NCBI GenBank assembly: GCA_053919585.1
Contig: CM132802.1
Reading direction: 5' to 3' (one strand)
DNA from: Euprymna scolopes
Taxonomy: Eukaryota
Length of the DNA stretch: 64,000 bases
This document shows positions 63,712-64,000 of the stretch, piece after piece. The notes below the pieces were generated by a model. That model ran no database searches. It saw only the letters and a program-made list of their open reading frames with translations, and was not told where the DNA came from. Each line of letters begins with the position of its first letter. Position 1 is the first letter of the stretch. The position numbers and the translations under genes are program-made.

Positions 63712-64000
63712 TTTTCTTTTTTTTACATAGGCATCGTCACTTATCAAGGCCGAGAGTCCACTCAAGGATAAGGGTTAAAGAGTGTACAGTAGACATTGAA
63801 CAATATAGTAATCATTAGACATGAAAATTTGGTAAATTTGATAACTTATATAAAACGGCTCATCAAGAACTTATTTACGTTAGACTTGAACACAACCATA
63901 TTGTAGTCAGCCGGAAAGCAGGAAAACGGAAGACAATTCCACAGGCGTGCAGTTCTAAGAAAGAAGCTTTGTTCATGGAATCTACGTTTAGGTTTAGGCA
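63712..64000 (-). mobile_element. Family B LINE 3' end (runs off the window edge)
   Basis: Very similar to 18780-19055. Stem-loop and A-rich tail. Confidence 0.93.

Overview
AT-rich, repeat-dense animal (metazoan) genomic DNA from a draft assembly with 7 N-gaps and many (TA)n/(CA)n/(AAC)n microsatellites. I find no intact host protein-coding gene, rRNA, tRNA or CRISPR array. Most recognisable sequence is transposon-derived: about 11 copies of CR1/Zenon-like LINEs (APE-RT; mostly 5'-truncated, mostly on the minus strand, at least two 3'-end families); two decayed Ty3/Gypsy (Mag/K02A2.6-like) internal regions; several Tc1/mariner remnants with nested MITE or LINE insertions; non-autonomous Helitrons; and Penelope-like fragments, one with a minimal hammerhead ribozyme. 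Two things are not explained by the ORF track. (1) Manual minus-strand translation of the sequence between the TEs repeatedly gives leucine-rich-repeat motifs and two TIR-like segments broken by stops and frameshifts, suggesting a decayed cluster of Toll-like-receptor-like/LRR pseudogenes (moderate confidence). (2) A GC-rich tandem dimer at ~20.5-21.2 kb has two diverged copies showing compensatory base-pair changes, suggesting an unassigned ~300-nt structured RNA element. All calls come from reading the sequence by eye. No database search was run, and boundaries of decayed elements are approximate.
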